NCBI GenBank assembly: GCA_937874315.1
Contig: CALNAE010000212.1
Span: 1-62,362 of the forward strand
Origin: an uncultured Bifidobacterium sp.
GTDB taxonomy: Bacteria > Actinomycetota > Actinomycetes > Actinomycetales > Bifidobacteriaceae
Direction: 5' to 3'
Length of the DNA stretch: 62,362 nucleotides
Notes under the pieces: generated by a model
The model's input: only the letters and a program-made list of their open reading frames with translations
Told to the model about the DNA's origin: nothing
The model's database searches: none
In this document: piece by piece, positions 1-9,942 of the stretch
Numbering within the stretch: the first letter of the stretch is position 1
Layout: every line of letters begins with the position of its first letter
Program-made: the position numbers and the translations under genes

Positions 1-44
1 TGGTCATAGGACTTAAGCCTGATGCGGATTTTCTGTCCCGCCAT
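1..44 (-). CDS. rpsJ: 30S ribosomal protein S10, 5' end only (runs off the window)
   Basis: The reverse complement reads ATG GCG GGA CAG AAA ATC CGC ATC AGG CTT AAG TCC TAT GAC = MAGQKIRIRLKSYD, the S10 N-terminus. An SD-like GAAAGGG lies upstream. Confidence 0.95.
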   Translation of the reverse strand, partial: MAGQKIRIRLKSYD

Positions 45-428
45 TGCCGTCCGCCCTTTCTAGCGATTCGTGTACTTTTACCAACCTGCTCTCAGGACAC
101 CGGCATACGCGGACTTACGGTATTTATCCCGCGTCCACAACACATCAGTGCGCAGTAATCGATCCTTCGCATGCAAGCATGCAATAATTCCCGACCCCGC
201 ACCCGCTTTTTTGATTCCAAATATGCGAGCCCAAAACAGGCAACTTCTCAATTAAAGCACCTACTCGAGATTAGAGGAATTCGGGCGTGTCGGTCATTTT
301 CGCCCGTCTTCCCGCCGAATATGATCATGGGCCGCCGGACGAAATTCATCATCCGACGGCCCATGGTCATTCAACACTCACGCGTCGCTGAAACACGCGC
401 GCATCATTCAGCACTCAGTTCCCGGTCA

Positions 429-3173
429 TCAGTCCTTGGGCTCAATTCGCTCAGAGGCCTCGACCAGGGCACCTGCGCCTTCACGCCTGGCACGCAGCTC
501 GTGTCCTTCTTCGCGCGAAACGCCGTAATAGGCGGCGATGGCGATATCCTTCATGTCCTCGATCATCGGAACACGCGGATTGGCCGGCGTGCATTGGTCC
601 TCATAGGCGCGCATGCCGATCTGGTCGAGGATGCTCCAGAAGAAGTCCTCGTCCACGCCGCAATCCTTGAAGCTCTTGTCCATCTGCAGCTTGTTGTCGC
701 GATAGTCTTCCATCGCCGCTGCGAGATTCTCGACCCCCTCGGCAGGGGTATTGCCCGGATCGATGCCCAACGTCTGAGCCAGCTGTTGGTAACGCTCCGG
801 CGCGACGTATTTGTTGTATTTCGGCCAGCTGGTCGGCTCCAACGGCACCGTACCGTTGTATCGCACGACATACGGCAGCAGAATCGCATTGGTGTGCCCA
901 TGGGCGAGGTCGCACAACGCTCCGATGGTGTGGGCCATGCCGTGGCACATCCCGAGGAATGCGGAGCCGAAGGCCATGCCCGCCATGGTGGCGGCATTAT
1001 GCATCTTCTCCTGAGCCTCGATTTTTTCTCGTCCAGGATCGTCATTGACCGACGGGGCAAGATTGTCCCAGATCAGCCTGGCGGAATGCAGCGCCATGGC
1101 GTCGGTGAAGTCGTTGGCGTATACGGAGACGAAGGCCTCGGTGGCGTGCGTCAACGAATCGAATCCGGCATCCTGCGCAAGGGTACGCGGCTGCGTACGC
1201 GCCAGCACGGGATCGACGATGGCCACCGTCGGCGTCAAGGCATAGTCGGTGATCGGATACTTGTATCCCGTCTTATGATCCGTGATGACCGCGAACGGCG
1301 TCACCTCGGAGCCGGTTCCCGAGGACGTGGGAATGCAGACCAGACGAGCCTTGGTACCCAACGGCGGAATGCGGAACGCGCGCTTGCGAATATCGAAGAA
1401 CTTCTCGCGCACGTCGTCGAATGAAATCTCGGGATGCTCGTACAACAGCCACATGATCTTTGCGGCATCCATCGGCGAACCGCCGCCCACGGCGATGATG
1501 GTGTCCGGTTCGAATTCGTCCCGCATCATGGCCGCCCCGCGCTCCACGGTCTCAACCGAGGGCTCGGGCTCCACATAATCGATGATGCGGAACGTCACCA
1601 AATGACGGCGTGCGCGCAACTGATCGATGATCTTGTCGACGATGCCAAGCTGCTCCATCACCTTGTCACAGATAATCACGGCCTTGCGGATGCAGTACAT
1701 GTCACGCAGGTAACGAATCGAATTCGGCTCGAAATACGTCTTGGCCGGCACTTTGAACCATTGCATGTTGTTGTTCCTCCGTGCGATGCGTTTGATGTTG
1801 ATGAGGTTGACCGCCTGAACGTTGCCCGACACGGAATTGCCGCCGTACGAGCCGCACCCGAGGGTGAGTGAAGGAGCGATCGAATTGTAGATATCGCCTA
1901 TGCCGCCCAGTGCCGAAGGCTGATTCCATATGATTCGGCAGGCATGCATCCGCAGACCATACTCGCGCACCAGTTCCTCATTGTTGGTGTGGATGGCGGC
2001 GGTGTGCCCGGCACCATGCCGGAGCATCTGCTCGCACATGGTGAACGCCTGTTCCTTGTCCTGTGCCTTGAGTAGCGCATGAACGGGTGCGAGCTTCTCC
2101 ATGGTCAGCGGCTCGTTCTCGCCCACTTCCTTGCACTCGGCCACAATGATCGTCGTGTCCTGCGGAATGTCGAATCCGGCGGCATGCGCGATGAATTCGG
2201 GCGATTTGCCGGGAACGACGGAATTCAGCTTCGGCGTCTTACCGGAATACGAGGTGCAACCGAACATGTACCGTTCGAGTTTCGCCTTCTCCTCCGCATT
2301 GACGAAATAGACCTTCCGGCGTTTCATCTCCTTGATCAACGCCGCGTATACGGCCTGATGCGCGATGATGGCCTGCTCGGTGGCGCAGATCATGCCGTAG
2401 TCGAAATGCTTGGAAAGCACCAGATCGTTCACGGCGCGGGGGACGTCCACGTCTTCGTCGACATATGCCGGTGCGTTGCCTGGGCCAACGCCCAGAGCCG
2501 GTTTCCCCGAGGAATAGGCGGCCTTGACCATCCCCGGTCCGCCGGTGGCCAGAATCGTGGCGATACCGGGGTGCTTCATCAGCGCTCCGGTCGCCTCGAT
2601 GGATGGATGCTCAATCCACTGGATGCAATTCTCCGGCGCACCGGCCTTGATCGCGGCATCACGCACGACTTTGGCTGCGGCAACCGAGCTTTGCTGGGCG
2701 AAGGGATGAAAGCCGAATACGATCGGGCAGCGGGTCTTCAACGCGATAAGGGATTTGAAAATGGTGGTCGACGTGGGATTCGTCACCGGGGTAACCCCTG
2801 CGACCACGCCCACCGGTTCCGCGACCTCATCGAGTCCCATCACATCGTCTTCATGGATGATGCCGACCGTTTTCTGATTGACGAGATAATGAGTCACATG
2901 TTCGCACGCGAAGATGTTCTTCGTCGCCTTGTCCTCGACCAGGCCGCGCCCGGTTTCATCGACGGCCATCTTCGCCAGGGTCAAATGCTTGTTCAACGCC
3001 GCGATCGAAGCCTTGGCGACAATGTGGTCGACGGTTTCCTGATCATACGACTGATATTCGTCGAGAGCCTTGAGCCCCTTACGCACCAGCTGGTCCACTT
3101 CCTGCTCAGCCGCCGCCTGCTTGCTGAGTTCGCCTGCTTCTTGTCCGGCCACGGTTGCTTTTACGTCCGTCAC
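429..3173 (-). CDS. adhE: Bifunctional acetaldehyde-CoA/alcohol dehydrogenase
   Basis: ALDH half (TPVTNPTST, ATGGPGMV, MICATEQ), linker LTLGCGSYGGNS, and Fe-ADH half (GGGSPMDAAK, PTSSGTGSE, CHGMAH). Start moved to GTG 3173, which has GAGGAG upstream; the ORF track extends to 3275. Confidence 0.95.
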   Translation of the reverse strand: MTDVKATVAGQEAGELSKQAAAEQEVDQLVRKGLKALDEYQSYDQETVDHIVAKASIAALNKHLTLAKMAVDETGRGLVEDKATKNIFACEHVTHYLVNQKTVGIIHEDDVMGLDEVAEPVGVVAGVTPVTNPTSTTIFKSLIALKTRCPIVFGFHPFAQQSSVAAAKVVRDAAIKAGAPENCIQWIEHPSIEATGALMKHPGIATILATGGPGMVKAAYSSGKPALGVGPGNAPAYVDEDVDVPRAVNDLVLSKHFDYGMICATEQAIIAHQAVYAALIKEMKRRKVYFVNAEEKAKLERYMFGCTSYSGKTPKLNSVVPGKSPEFIAHAAGFDIPQDTTIIVAECKEVGENEPLTMEKLAPVHALLKAQDKEQAFTMCEQMLRHGAGHTAAIHTNNEELVREYGLRMHACRIIWNQPSALGGIGDIYNSIAPSLTLGCGSYGGNSVSGNVQAVNLINIKRIARRNNNMQWFKVPAKTYFEPNSIRYLRDMYCIRKAVIICDKVMEQLGIVDKIIDQLRARRHLVTFRIIDYVEPEPSVETVERGAAMMRDEFEPDTIIAVGGGSPMDAAKIMWLLYEHPEISFDDVREKFFDIRKRAFRIPPLGTKARLVCIPTSSGTGSEVTPFAVITDHKTGYKYPITDYALTPTVAIVDPVLARTQPRTLAQDAGFDSLTHATEAFVSVYANDFTDAMALHSARLIWDNLAPSVNDDPGREKIEAQEKMHNAATMAGMAFGSAFLGMCHGMAHTIGALCDLAHGHTNAILLPYVVRYNGTVPLEPTSWPKYNKYVAPERYQQLAQTLGIDPGNTPAEGVENLAAAMEDYRDNKLQMDKSFKDCGVDEDFFWSILDQIGMRAYEDQCTPANPRVPMIEDMKDIAIAAYYGVSREEGHELRARREGAGALVEASERIEPKD

Positions 3174-3250
3174 GATCTTCTCCTCATTAGTTGATGCCGA
3201 CGCATTCATTCCATTCGCCTCTCTGCGGCGAACCGACACGGCATGAGAAC

Positions 3251-3266
3251 TGTGATACATGTCACA
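3251..3266. promoter_or_regulatory. Crp/Fnr-type (or Rex-like) palindromic operator upstream of adhE
   Basis: TGTGA-tacatg-TCACA is an exact TGTGA-N6-TCACA, about 80 nt upstream of the proposed adhE start. Confidence 0.65.
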
Positions 3267-3716
3267 AGATAACAAACGATCTGAATGAGACCAAGAGTGC
3301 CTATTTTGAGCGTTTCATGGGCAGTACCTCGGTGGTTACGTTCGTTTTACTTTGTATTATGTAATAATATTGGTTGAATTTTCATAAATATGGTCTGTTT
3401 TGTTCTATTACCGTCACAAATGAACACGCCAACGGAAACCGTTAACGCTAACTATCCCCGATTCGGCCGTTGGATCACGACAAATCGCGATACCACGGCG
3501 AATTCGGGTTCCCCGTCACGACGCAACCTCACCGCTTGCCGGAAGCGACGGTGCCCGCCGACCCGCGCTTCCTCTCCCGACTGCGGTCACGGGAAAAACG
3601 CCTGCCGTTGGGGTCGCCCCCCGATCTCTCGTCCGTTATCGGTCTCGACCACGTCGACGGGGAATCGTCTGCTCTCGCAGAAAAACGACCGTTTGATCGC
3701 GCCTACAATAAATCCT

Positions 3717-6083
3717 ATGCACAATCCTTCATTGCACCGTTATGCCACACGTCCCGGCCTGTACTTCACCGACGACGGTGGCGCCGATGCCGTCGTTCGA
3801 TCCGAGAACTCCGATCAGCTCTGGCTGTGCATATACGAGCCCGAACAGCATCCGACCGAGTTCTATGCACAGGCGCGCAGCGTCGTCGACGACCAGCCGC
3901 CGGCATTGCTCAACGCCATGCGGGAGTATGAGGTAGTAACCAGAATCGTGACCCCGCTCCACCTTCGCGAGACGCTGTTTCGCATGAAGGGACCGAACTA
4001 CGGTTTGTGGTATGTTCACCTGCCCAAGGCCTGGGACGGAATGCGCTACGGGTATCGTGCCGACGGCGCCTGGGACCCCGAGCAGGGCGTACGGTTCAAT
4101 CCCTACAAGGTTCTGCTCGATCCCTATGGCAAGGGGATCGAAGGTCGCAGCTCACTGAGACCGGAAGCGTTTTCCTACGCGTTTTCGACCGTAGACGGCA
4201 AGCTTCAGGGTTCTCCGCACGGCGCAATGAGCACCTTGGACTCTCTAGGATTCACTCCTCTGTCCGTGGCCATCGCCGACCGTGACGCCTCGAAGCATGA
4301 CGGCGACCCCTCACACCCACATGTGCCGTGGAGCAAAACCGTCATCTACGAGCTGCATGTCAAAGGATTCACCGCGACCGCCCCTTGGCTTCCGGAAGAG
4401 CTCAGGGGGACCTACGCGGGCTTGGCCCATCCCAAAACGCTGACCTACCTGCAACGTCTCGGCGTCACTTCGATCGAACTCCTGCCCATCCAGGCCAAAC
4501 AGAGCGAAATTCCTTTGCAGGAACAAGGTCTGTCGAATTACTGGGGATACTCGACCCTGGGATATTTCGCGCCGGAAGAATCCTACGCGACGGCGCGTTC
4601 ACGCAGCCTCGGCGCAAACGCCGTACGCCATGAGGTCATCGAGATGGTTCGCGCCTTGCACGGTGCGGGATTCGAAGTCATTATGGACGTGGTGTACAAC
4701 CACACCTGCGAAGGAGGCGTGGACGGTCCCACGGTGTGTTGGCGCGGGCTCGACGATCTCTCCTATTACCGACACGACAAGAATCATCCGGCCGAGCTGG
4801 AGGACACCACCGGCTGCGGCAACACGCTGGATTTCACCAACACCCACGTGGTGACCTATGCCATCGACTCGCTGCGCTATTGGGCCAAACGAGTCGGCAT
4901 CGACGGATTCCGTTTCGATCTGGCCGCATCGTTGGCGCGGCTCGATGGCTCTTTCACCCACCGTCACCCATTCCTATACGCGCTGCGCAGCGATTTGCTG
5001 CTCGGCAATCTCAAACTCATCATGGAACCGTGGGACCTAGGCAAAGGCGGTTGGAGAACCGGGCAATTCGGTGTTCCATTCAGCGAATGGAACGACCATT
5101 TCAGGGACCACGTACGCAGCTTCTGGCTCGACAACGCCAGACAGCCCAAGGAAACCCCATCGATAGGCATGCAGGATATCGCGACACGGTTATGCGGCTC
5201 GGCGGATCTATTCGCCACGGAACCGGGACGTGGCGCCGCCGCTTCGGTCAACTACGTCACCAGCCATGACGGCTTCACGCTATATGACCTCACTGCTTAT
5301 AACCAGCGGCATAATGAGGCTAACGGCGAGCACAACACCGACGGCGACACCATCAATCACTCGTGGAATTTCGGCGTCGAAGGCCCGAGCATCAATCCGA
5401 AGATCAATTCCAATCGGCGACGCGCCGCGCTCAACATGCTGGGTACGCTGCTGATGTCGTTGGGAACTCCCATGCTTCGCGCAGGCGACGAATTCGGCAA
5501 TTCGCAGGATGGCAATAACAACGGATACGCACAGGACAATACGATCAGCTGGTTGGACTGGTCATGGATGGCTGAAGGGGATGACGGCAGTCATCGCCGA
5601 TTCGCCAGTGCCGTGGCGCAGCTGATCGCCATCCGGAAGTCGCTCGACCTGTACCATCACGAGGATTTCTTCACACGTCTGACGCAACTGGGTCTACTCA
5701 AACAGTCGAGTCGTGTGCAATGGCAACTTCCAGACGGCACCACGCCTATGGAACAGGACTGGCTCAACCCTGCGATACATAGCTTCAGCATGCGGCTGAC
5801 ATCCGCGACCGAGGCCAACGTATTGATCGTCGTCAACGCCGATAAACGGGACCAGCGGTTCCACCTGCCCGTGGATACCCAGTGGCAGTGCCTGTGGTCC
5901 TCGACGTCAACACTCGAAACGCCGCCCAGACACGGGGCGGGCAGCCCGAAGCCGCTGACGTCCACGACGAGGTCGGCGGCAACATCCACCGGCACGTCTG
6001 GGACAACGTCGACGGCACGATTCCCTTCGAATCTCTGGATCATCCCCTCCATGAGCATCTCGCTCCTTCAAGAGCGATTCTGA
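3717..6083 (+). CDS. glgX: Glycogen debranching enzyme (GH13 isoamylase type)
   Basis: Motifs LLDPYGK, IYELHVKGFT, NYWGYSTLGYFAP, DVVYNHT, DGFRFDLA, EPWD and SHDGFTL. Start ATG 3717 lies 7 nt after TACAAT. Confidence 0.92.
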   Translation: MHNPSLHRYATRPGLYFTDDGGADAVVRSENSDQLWLCIYEPEQHPTEFYAQARSVVDDQPPALLNAMREYEVVTRIVTPLHLRETLFRMKGPNYGLWYVHLPKAWDGMRYGYRADGAWDPEQGVRFNPYKVLLDPYGKGIEGRSSLRPEAFSYAFSTVDGKLQGSPHGAMSTLDSLGFTPLSVAIADRDASKHDGDPSHPHVPWSKTVIYELHVKGFTATAPWLPEELRGTYAGLAHPKTLTYLQRLGVTSIELLPIQAKQSEIPLQEQGLSNYWGYSTLGYFAPEESYATARSRSLGANAVRHEVIEMVRALHGAGFEVIMDVVYNHTCEGGVDGPTVCWRGLDDLSYYRHDKNHPAELEDTTGCGNTLDFTNTHVVTYAIDSLRYWAKRVGIDGFRFDLAASLARLDGSFTHRHPFLYALRSDLLLGNLKLIMEPWDLGKGGWRTGQFGVPFSEWNDHFRDHVRSFWLDNARQPKETPSIGMQDIATRLCGSADLFATEPGRGAAASVNYVTSHDGFTLYDLTAYNQRHNEANGEHNTDGDTINHSWNFGVEGPSINPKINSNRRRAALNMLGTLLMSLGTPMLRAGDEFGNSQDGNNNGYAQDNTISWLDWSWMAEGDDGSHRRFASAVAQLIAIRKSLDLYHHEDFFTRLTQLGLLKQSSRVQWQLPDGTTPMEQDWLNPAIHSFSMRLTSATEANVLIVVNADKRDQRFHLPVDTQWQCLWSSTSTLETPPRHGAGSPKPLTSTTRSAATSTGTSGTTSTARFPSNLWIIPSMSISLLQERF

Positions 6084-6462
6084 GCACCGCTCATACCACC
6101 CGTCCAAGCACGGTGGCGACATCGCCCCGCCTTGGGACTGAAGCCATGGCGCGGCCATCCAGCCGAGGGTGAACGGGGCCTGGGCCCGCAGGACCAGAAT
6201 ATGGACGCGGCTCGGTCACCCGCCCAAGGACGGACGGCACTACCCGTTTTGGTGTGTGATTTGTCGCGCGTGTCGCACGTGTCGCGGGCGATAGCCGACG
6301 AAAGGCCATCGAAAAGCATCCTGAGGGGGAAGAAAAAGAGAAAGGACAGAAAAGCGAGCAATGAAAGAAAGTCCCCGGCAACACGTCCGGCCGACCACAA
6401 CCCACACACAACCCGGACACCCCCATTGGGGCGGAACTCACGTACGAAGCGCCCAACAACAA

Positions 6463-6498
6463 GTTTGGGGCGGCCCGCAACAGCGGATCGCCCCAAAC
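6463..6498 (-). terminator. Intrinsic terminator-like hairpin after rpsI
   Basis: gtttggggcggcccgc-aaca-gcggatcgccccaaac, an inverted repeat with G-U pairs, 20 nt downstream of the rpsI stop. Confidence 0.65.
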
Positions 6499-6518
6499 AA
6501 GGTAACGAAAGTTCGACG

Positions 6519-7010
6519 TCAGCGCTTCGAGAACTGCGGAGCACGCCGCGCCTTGTGCAAACCTGCCTTCTTGCGTTCTACCGCTCGGGCATCACGCGTC
6601 AGGAATCCAGCCTTCTTCAAGACGGCACGATTCGCATCACGATCGATGGCATTGAGCGCGCGCGCCACGCCGAGTCGGATCGCCCCGGCCTGACCAGTGG
6701 TGCCACCACCCTCGACGAGCACGATCGCGTCGAATTTGTCTTCGAGCTTGAGCAGCACGATAGGCGAATTGACCTCACGCTGCTGAAGGCGGGAGGGGAA
6801 ATACTCCTCCAACGTGTGGCCGTTGACCGTCCACTTACCAGAGCCTGGAACCAAACGCACGCGCGCGATGGCTTCCTTGCGACGGCCGGTGCCATAGCCC
6901 GCTTCGATCGCGGAAGTTCCTGTGCCCGCGCCGGAGTTCGTTTCTGTGCTGTAGGATGTCGGTTCTTCTTCGGTTTCCTGAACCGCGGAGTTGTCAGTGT
7001 TGTCAGCCAT
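6519..7010 (-). CDS. rpsI: 30S ribosomal protein S9
   Basis: [28 protein letters not shown] and the C-terminus [11 protein letters not shown]. It has the acidic N-terminal extension typical of actinobacteria. Confidence 0.97.
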   Translation of the reverse strand: MADNTDNSAVQETEEEPTSYSTETNSGAGTGTSAIEAGYGTGRRKEAIARVRLVPGSGKWTVNGHTLEEYFPSRLQQREVNSPIVLLKLEDKFDAIVLVEGGGTTGQAGAIRLGVARALNAIDRDANRAVLKKAGFLTRDARAVERKKAGLHKARRAPQFSKR

Positions 7011-7030
7011 GATTCTCTATCTCCTTTGGT

Positions 7031-7480
7031 TCACTTGACCTGTTGCGAGACCTGATTGATCTCAAAAACCTGTGGCTTCTGCGGAGTGTGCGGATGCTCG
7101 GCTCCGGCGAATATGTGAAGGCGATCCAATTGGACCTTCGACAACCGATTCTTCGGCAGCATGCCCCTCACTGCCGAGAGGATGATACGGTCTGGGTTGC
7201 GCTGCAACAGATCGGCATAGCTGTCACCACGCAGACCACCGGGGCGACCCGAGTGGGTGTAGAGCAACTTACCCGTCTTGTTACCGGTCAACGCGATTTT
7301 CGCCGCGTTGATGATAATCACATGATTGCCCGAATCGGCATGCGGCGCATAGGTCGCCTTGTTTTTGCCGCGCAGCAGGTTGGCCGCCTGCGTGGCAAGT
7401 CGACCAAGCACCACGTCGGTGGCGTCGATGACATACCAGTCATGAGTCAGATCAGCTGGCTTCGGTGTGAAAGTTTTCAC
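7031..7480 (-). CDS. rplM: 50S ribosomal protein L13
   Basis: KTFTPKP, WYVIDA, LGRLAT, LRGKNK and GMLPKN. Start GTG 7480 with AAAAGGT upstream. Confidence 0.97.
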   Translation of the reverse strand: MKTFTPKPADLTHDWYVIDATDVVLGRLATQAANLLRGKNKATYAPHADSGNHVIIINAAKIALTGNKTGKLLYTHSGRPGGLRGDSYADLLQRNPDRIILSAVRGMLPKNRLSKVQLDRLHIFAGAEHPHTPQKPQVFEINQVSQQVK

Positions 7481-7634
7481 GAGTGTACCTTTTCTAGCTA
7501 TTGTGTTCCGGACCTCACGCACCGTGCTTTCGGCACAGCACAATCGGTCTCATTATCCGTGGGCTCCCTGAAAGTCCTCGATGGCGAGTGGGATAGCGCT
7601 TTGAAGGACCCCTTAGGGAAACACAACAATCCTC

Positions 7635-7663
7635 AAGTATATCGCTTGCCTTGACTTCGCGCA
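7635..7663 (-). promoter_or_regulatory. Sigma-70-type promoter of rplM-rpsI
   Basis: The minus strand reads TTGCGC-N17-TATACT. Confidence 0.65.
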
Positions 7664-7711
7664 ACACGCCACCCCGGGCACCGTATCCCGATACGGTGTG
7701 GGCGCGGCGCA

Positions 7712-9895
7712 TCAGTGCTCGATCCGCGTCGAAGCGTTCATGATCTGAGCCATCGACTTGAGCCGCGGTTCGTCAAAGAGCCGTTCAAGCGGTACGACAT
7801 TGCCACGGGCGTCAGCCAACGGGACCCGCCAATTGGGGTACTCGTTATTCGTTCCCGGCTGGTTTTGGGCACGGGTCTCACCGACCGCGTCGGCGAGGGA
7901 AGCGGCCAGAAGTCGGCTCGGTGCGGCCTTCAGAGCCCGGTACAGGGCCTCGACGATCTGCTGAACGTGCGACTGTTCGTCATCGATGGCCGAGGGATCG
8001 AGGAATCCCCCGCTGATCAACATCTGCAACATGGCGTTATGCTCCTCGACCTGCGACGCCTTGAACTGCTCTACTGGCATGGTCAGCAGATGCAGCCGTC
8101 GTCTGATGTCGACCTGCTCATAAGCGAGATATCCGGCGGCAGGCGGCAGATCATGGGTGTTGACGGAAGCCAACGCGTTCTTCCGCCAAGTCTCGGGCGA
8201 GCTAAACACCCCGTCGCGCTGTTCGAACCACTCCACCGTGCATCCCAACACCCGGTGGCGATCCAACGACAGTTCAACCGATTCAGGTACGACCCCGAGA
8301 TCCTCGCCGATGACGATACCGTGCGCACGCTGCGCCTCGATGGCAAGGATGCCGAGCATGATTTCAGAATCGTAGCGAACGTACGCGCCGTCCGTCGGCA
8401 TCTTTCCCTTCGGTATCCACCACAGCCGGAACAGTCCCAGAATATGATCGATGCGGACGGCGCCGGCCTGTGAGAACATGCCATGGACCATATCGCGATA
8501 CAACCGGTACCCGCTGTTTGACAACTCGGTCGGATTCAACGGGGGCTCGCTCCAATCCTGGCCCTGTTGATTGAAATAATCGGGAGGCGCACCGACGCTG
8601 ACCCCCCTGACGAATCCCTCGGGGTGGCTCCAGATATCCGCACCGCGCGGGTGCACGCCAACCGCCATGTCGGACATGACGCCAAGCACCATTCCAGCCT
8701 GACGTGCCTGGAGCTGGGCCCCCTGAAGCTGGTCGGTCGCCACCCATTCCAGCCAACGATAGAAATCAAAGGTGTCGGGGAACTGCGCACGCAACGCCAT
8801 AACGGCATCGGCACGTGGGTTGAGCGCGCGCTGCCAGTTGCCCGGATCGTCGGTGGGAGCGCCCCATTTGTCATAGCACAGGCACCAACTGGCATAGGCG
8901 TCGAGGTCGTCACCTGCCGATTGCTTGAACCGCCCGAAAGCGGCTTGACGCCGCTCGTCGCGTCCCACCTTGAACAACAGCCACAGCGCACGCATCTTCG
9001 CACGCCACATGGCGTCACGGTCAATCAGTTGGGCGTCGCCGTTGAGCGGCTCGGTCTGGTCGCGCAGCTGATCGATCTGGGCGCGCGTGGCATCGTCCAG
9101 TTTCTCGTATTCGACGATGCTCTCCGGTCGAATATAGGTGAAATTCACGAATCGTCTCGAAACAGGCAGGTATGGCGAGGGACTCAGGGGGCTTATGGGC
9201 TCCGCTGCATGCACCGGATTGATAAGCACGAAATCGGCGTTCGTCCGACGCTTTGCATCGACCAACAGCGTCCTGAGATCCTCGAAATCCCCGACCCCCC
9301 AGGAATGGGATGAACGAATGGAATACAGCTGGGCCATCCAGCCCCACAGCTGTCTTCCCTTCATGCCATCCGGCTCTTCGATGGTCGCCGGGGCGCTGAT
9401 CAGCGCGGCATCCTGCGAGCGCTCCCCGACCCGGACGTGCAAGGTGTGGTATCCCACAGGTAGGTCCTCGGGAAGCACCACCGAAACCGTGGAAACGAAT
9501 GAATCCCCGGTCGAGTAGACGTGGGAGTTGGCGAGCGGCCGAATCGAGAGCCGACCGGCGAAAGGCTCCCCGTTTTCCAAAGTGATGTCGACACTCGGGG
9601 CTTCGAGAATGCCCGAGGTGATGATGGCCGTGTCCCGCGTACCGGCAACATGCAATACCGTAGGTGCGACAAGCCGTCGATGCCGTGCCTCCTGAAGCCT
9701 GCGCATGGACGTTTCAACCGCGTCGTCATCGGATGCATCGACGTTCATGGCGCCGAGGACCGCCACCAGTACATCGTCACTGATCTCGTGATAGTCTTTG
9801 GTCTGGCCGACATAACTCGTGGCGATCCCCATGGCCTTTGCAAGGCATATCAACGGTCGCGCCAGACGCCGTTCGTCCTCGATTCTCTGTGTCAT
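7712..9895 (-). CDS. malQ: 4-alpha-glucanotransferase (amylomaltase, GH77)
   Basis: WGWMAQLYSIRS, WGVGDF, SPYLPVSR, DMAVGV, GAPPD, RIDHILG, GEDLG, THDLPP, QNQPGT..EYPNWR. Confidence 0.95.
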   Translation of the reverse strand: MTQRIEDERRLARPLICLAKAMGIATSYVGQTKDYHEISDDVLVAVLGAMNVDASDDDAVETSMRRLQEARHRRLVAPTVLHVAGTRDTAIITSGILEAPSVDITLENGEPFAGRLSIRPLANSHVYSTGDSFVSTVSVVLPEDLPVGYHTLHVRVGERSQDAALISAPATIEEPDGMKGRQLWGWMAQLYSIRSSHSWGVGDFEDLRTLLVDAKRRTNADFVLINPVHAAEPISPLSPSPYLPVSRRFVNFTYIRPESIVEYEKLDDATRAQIDQLRDQTEPLNGDAQLIDRDAMWRAKMRALWLLFKVGRDERRQAAFGRFKQSAGDDLDAYASWCLCYDKWGAPTDDPGNWQRALNPRADAVMALRAQFPDTFDFYRWLEWVATDQLQGAQLQARQAGMVLGVMSDMAVGVHPRGADIWSHPEGFVRGVSVGAPPDYFNQQGQDWSEPPLNPTELSNSGYRLYRDMVHGMFSQAGAVRIDHILGLFRLWWIPKGKMPTDGAYVRYDSEIMLGILAIEAQRAHGIVIGEDLGVVPESVELSLDRHRVLGCTVEWFEQRDGVFSSPETWRKNALASVNTHDLPPAAGYLAYEQVDIRRRLHLLTMPVEQFKASQVEEHNAMLQMLISGGFLDPSAIDDEQSHVQQIVEALYRALKAAPSRLLAASLADAVGETRAQNQPGTNNEYPNWRVPLADARGNVVPLERLFDEPRLKSMAQIMNASTRIEH

Positions 9896-9942
9896 GCCCC
9901 CAGTCTAATCCATAATATTTCGACATGCCGTACTGACACGGT

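Noticed and set aside
171-3194. Long plus-strand ORFs (417 aa, 371 aa) opposite adhE
   Set aside because: Antisense shadows with no recognisable domains.
3390-3716. N-terminal extension of glgX and the overlapping 153-aa ORF at 3470
   Set aside because: No GlgX-like sequence precedes MHNP, a -10 box sits right before ATG 3717, and the alternative ORF has no support.
6132-7055. 307-aa plus-strand ORF with a Lys/Arg-rich stretch
   Set aside because: It spans an intergenic purine-rich tract and the antisense of rpsI, and has no protein-like features.
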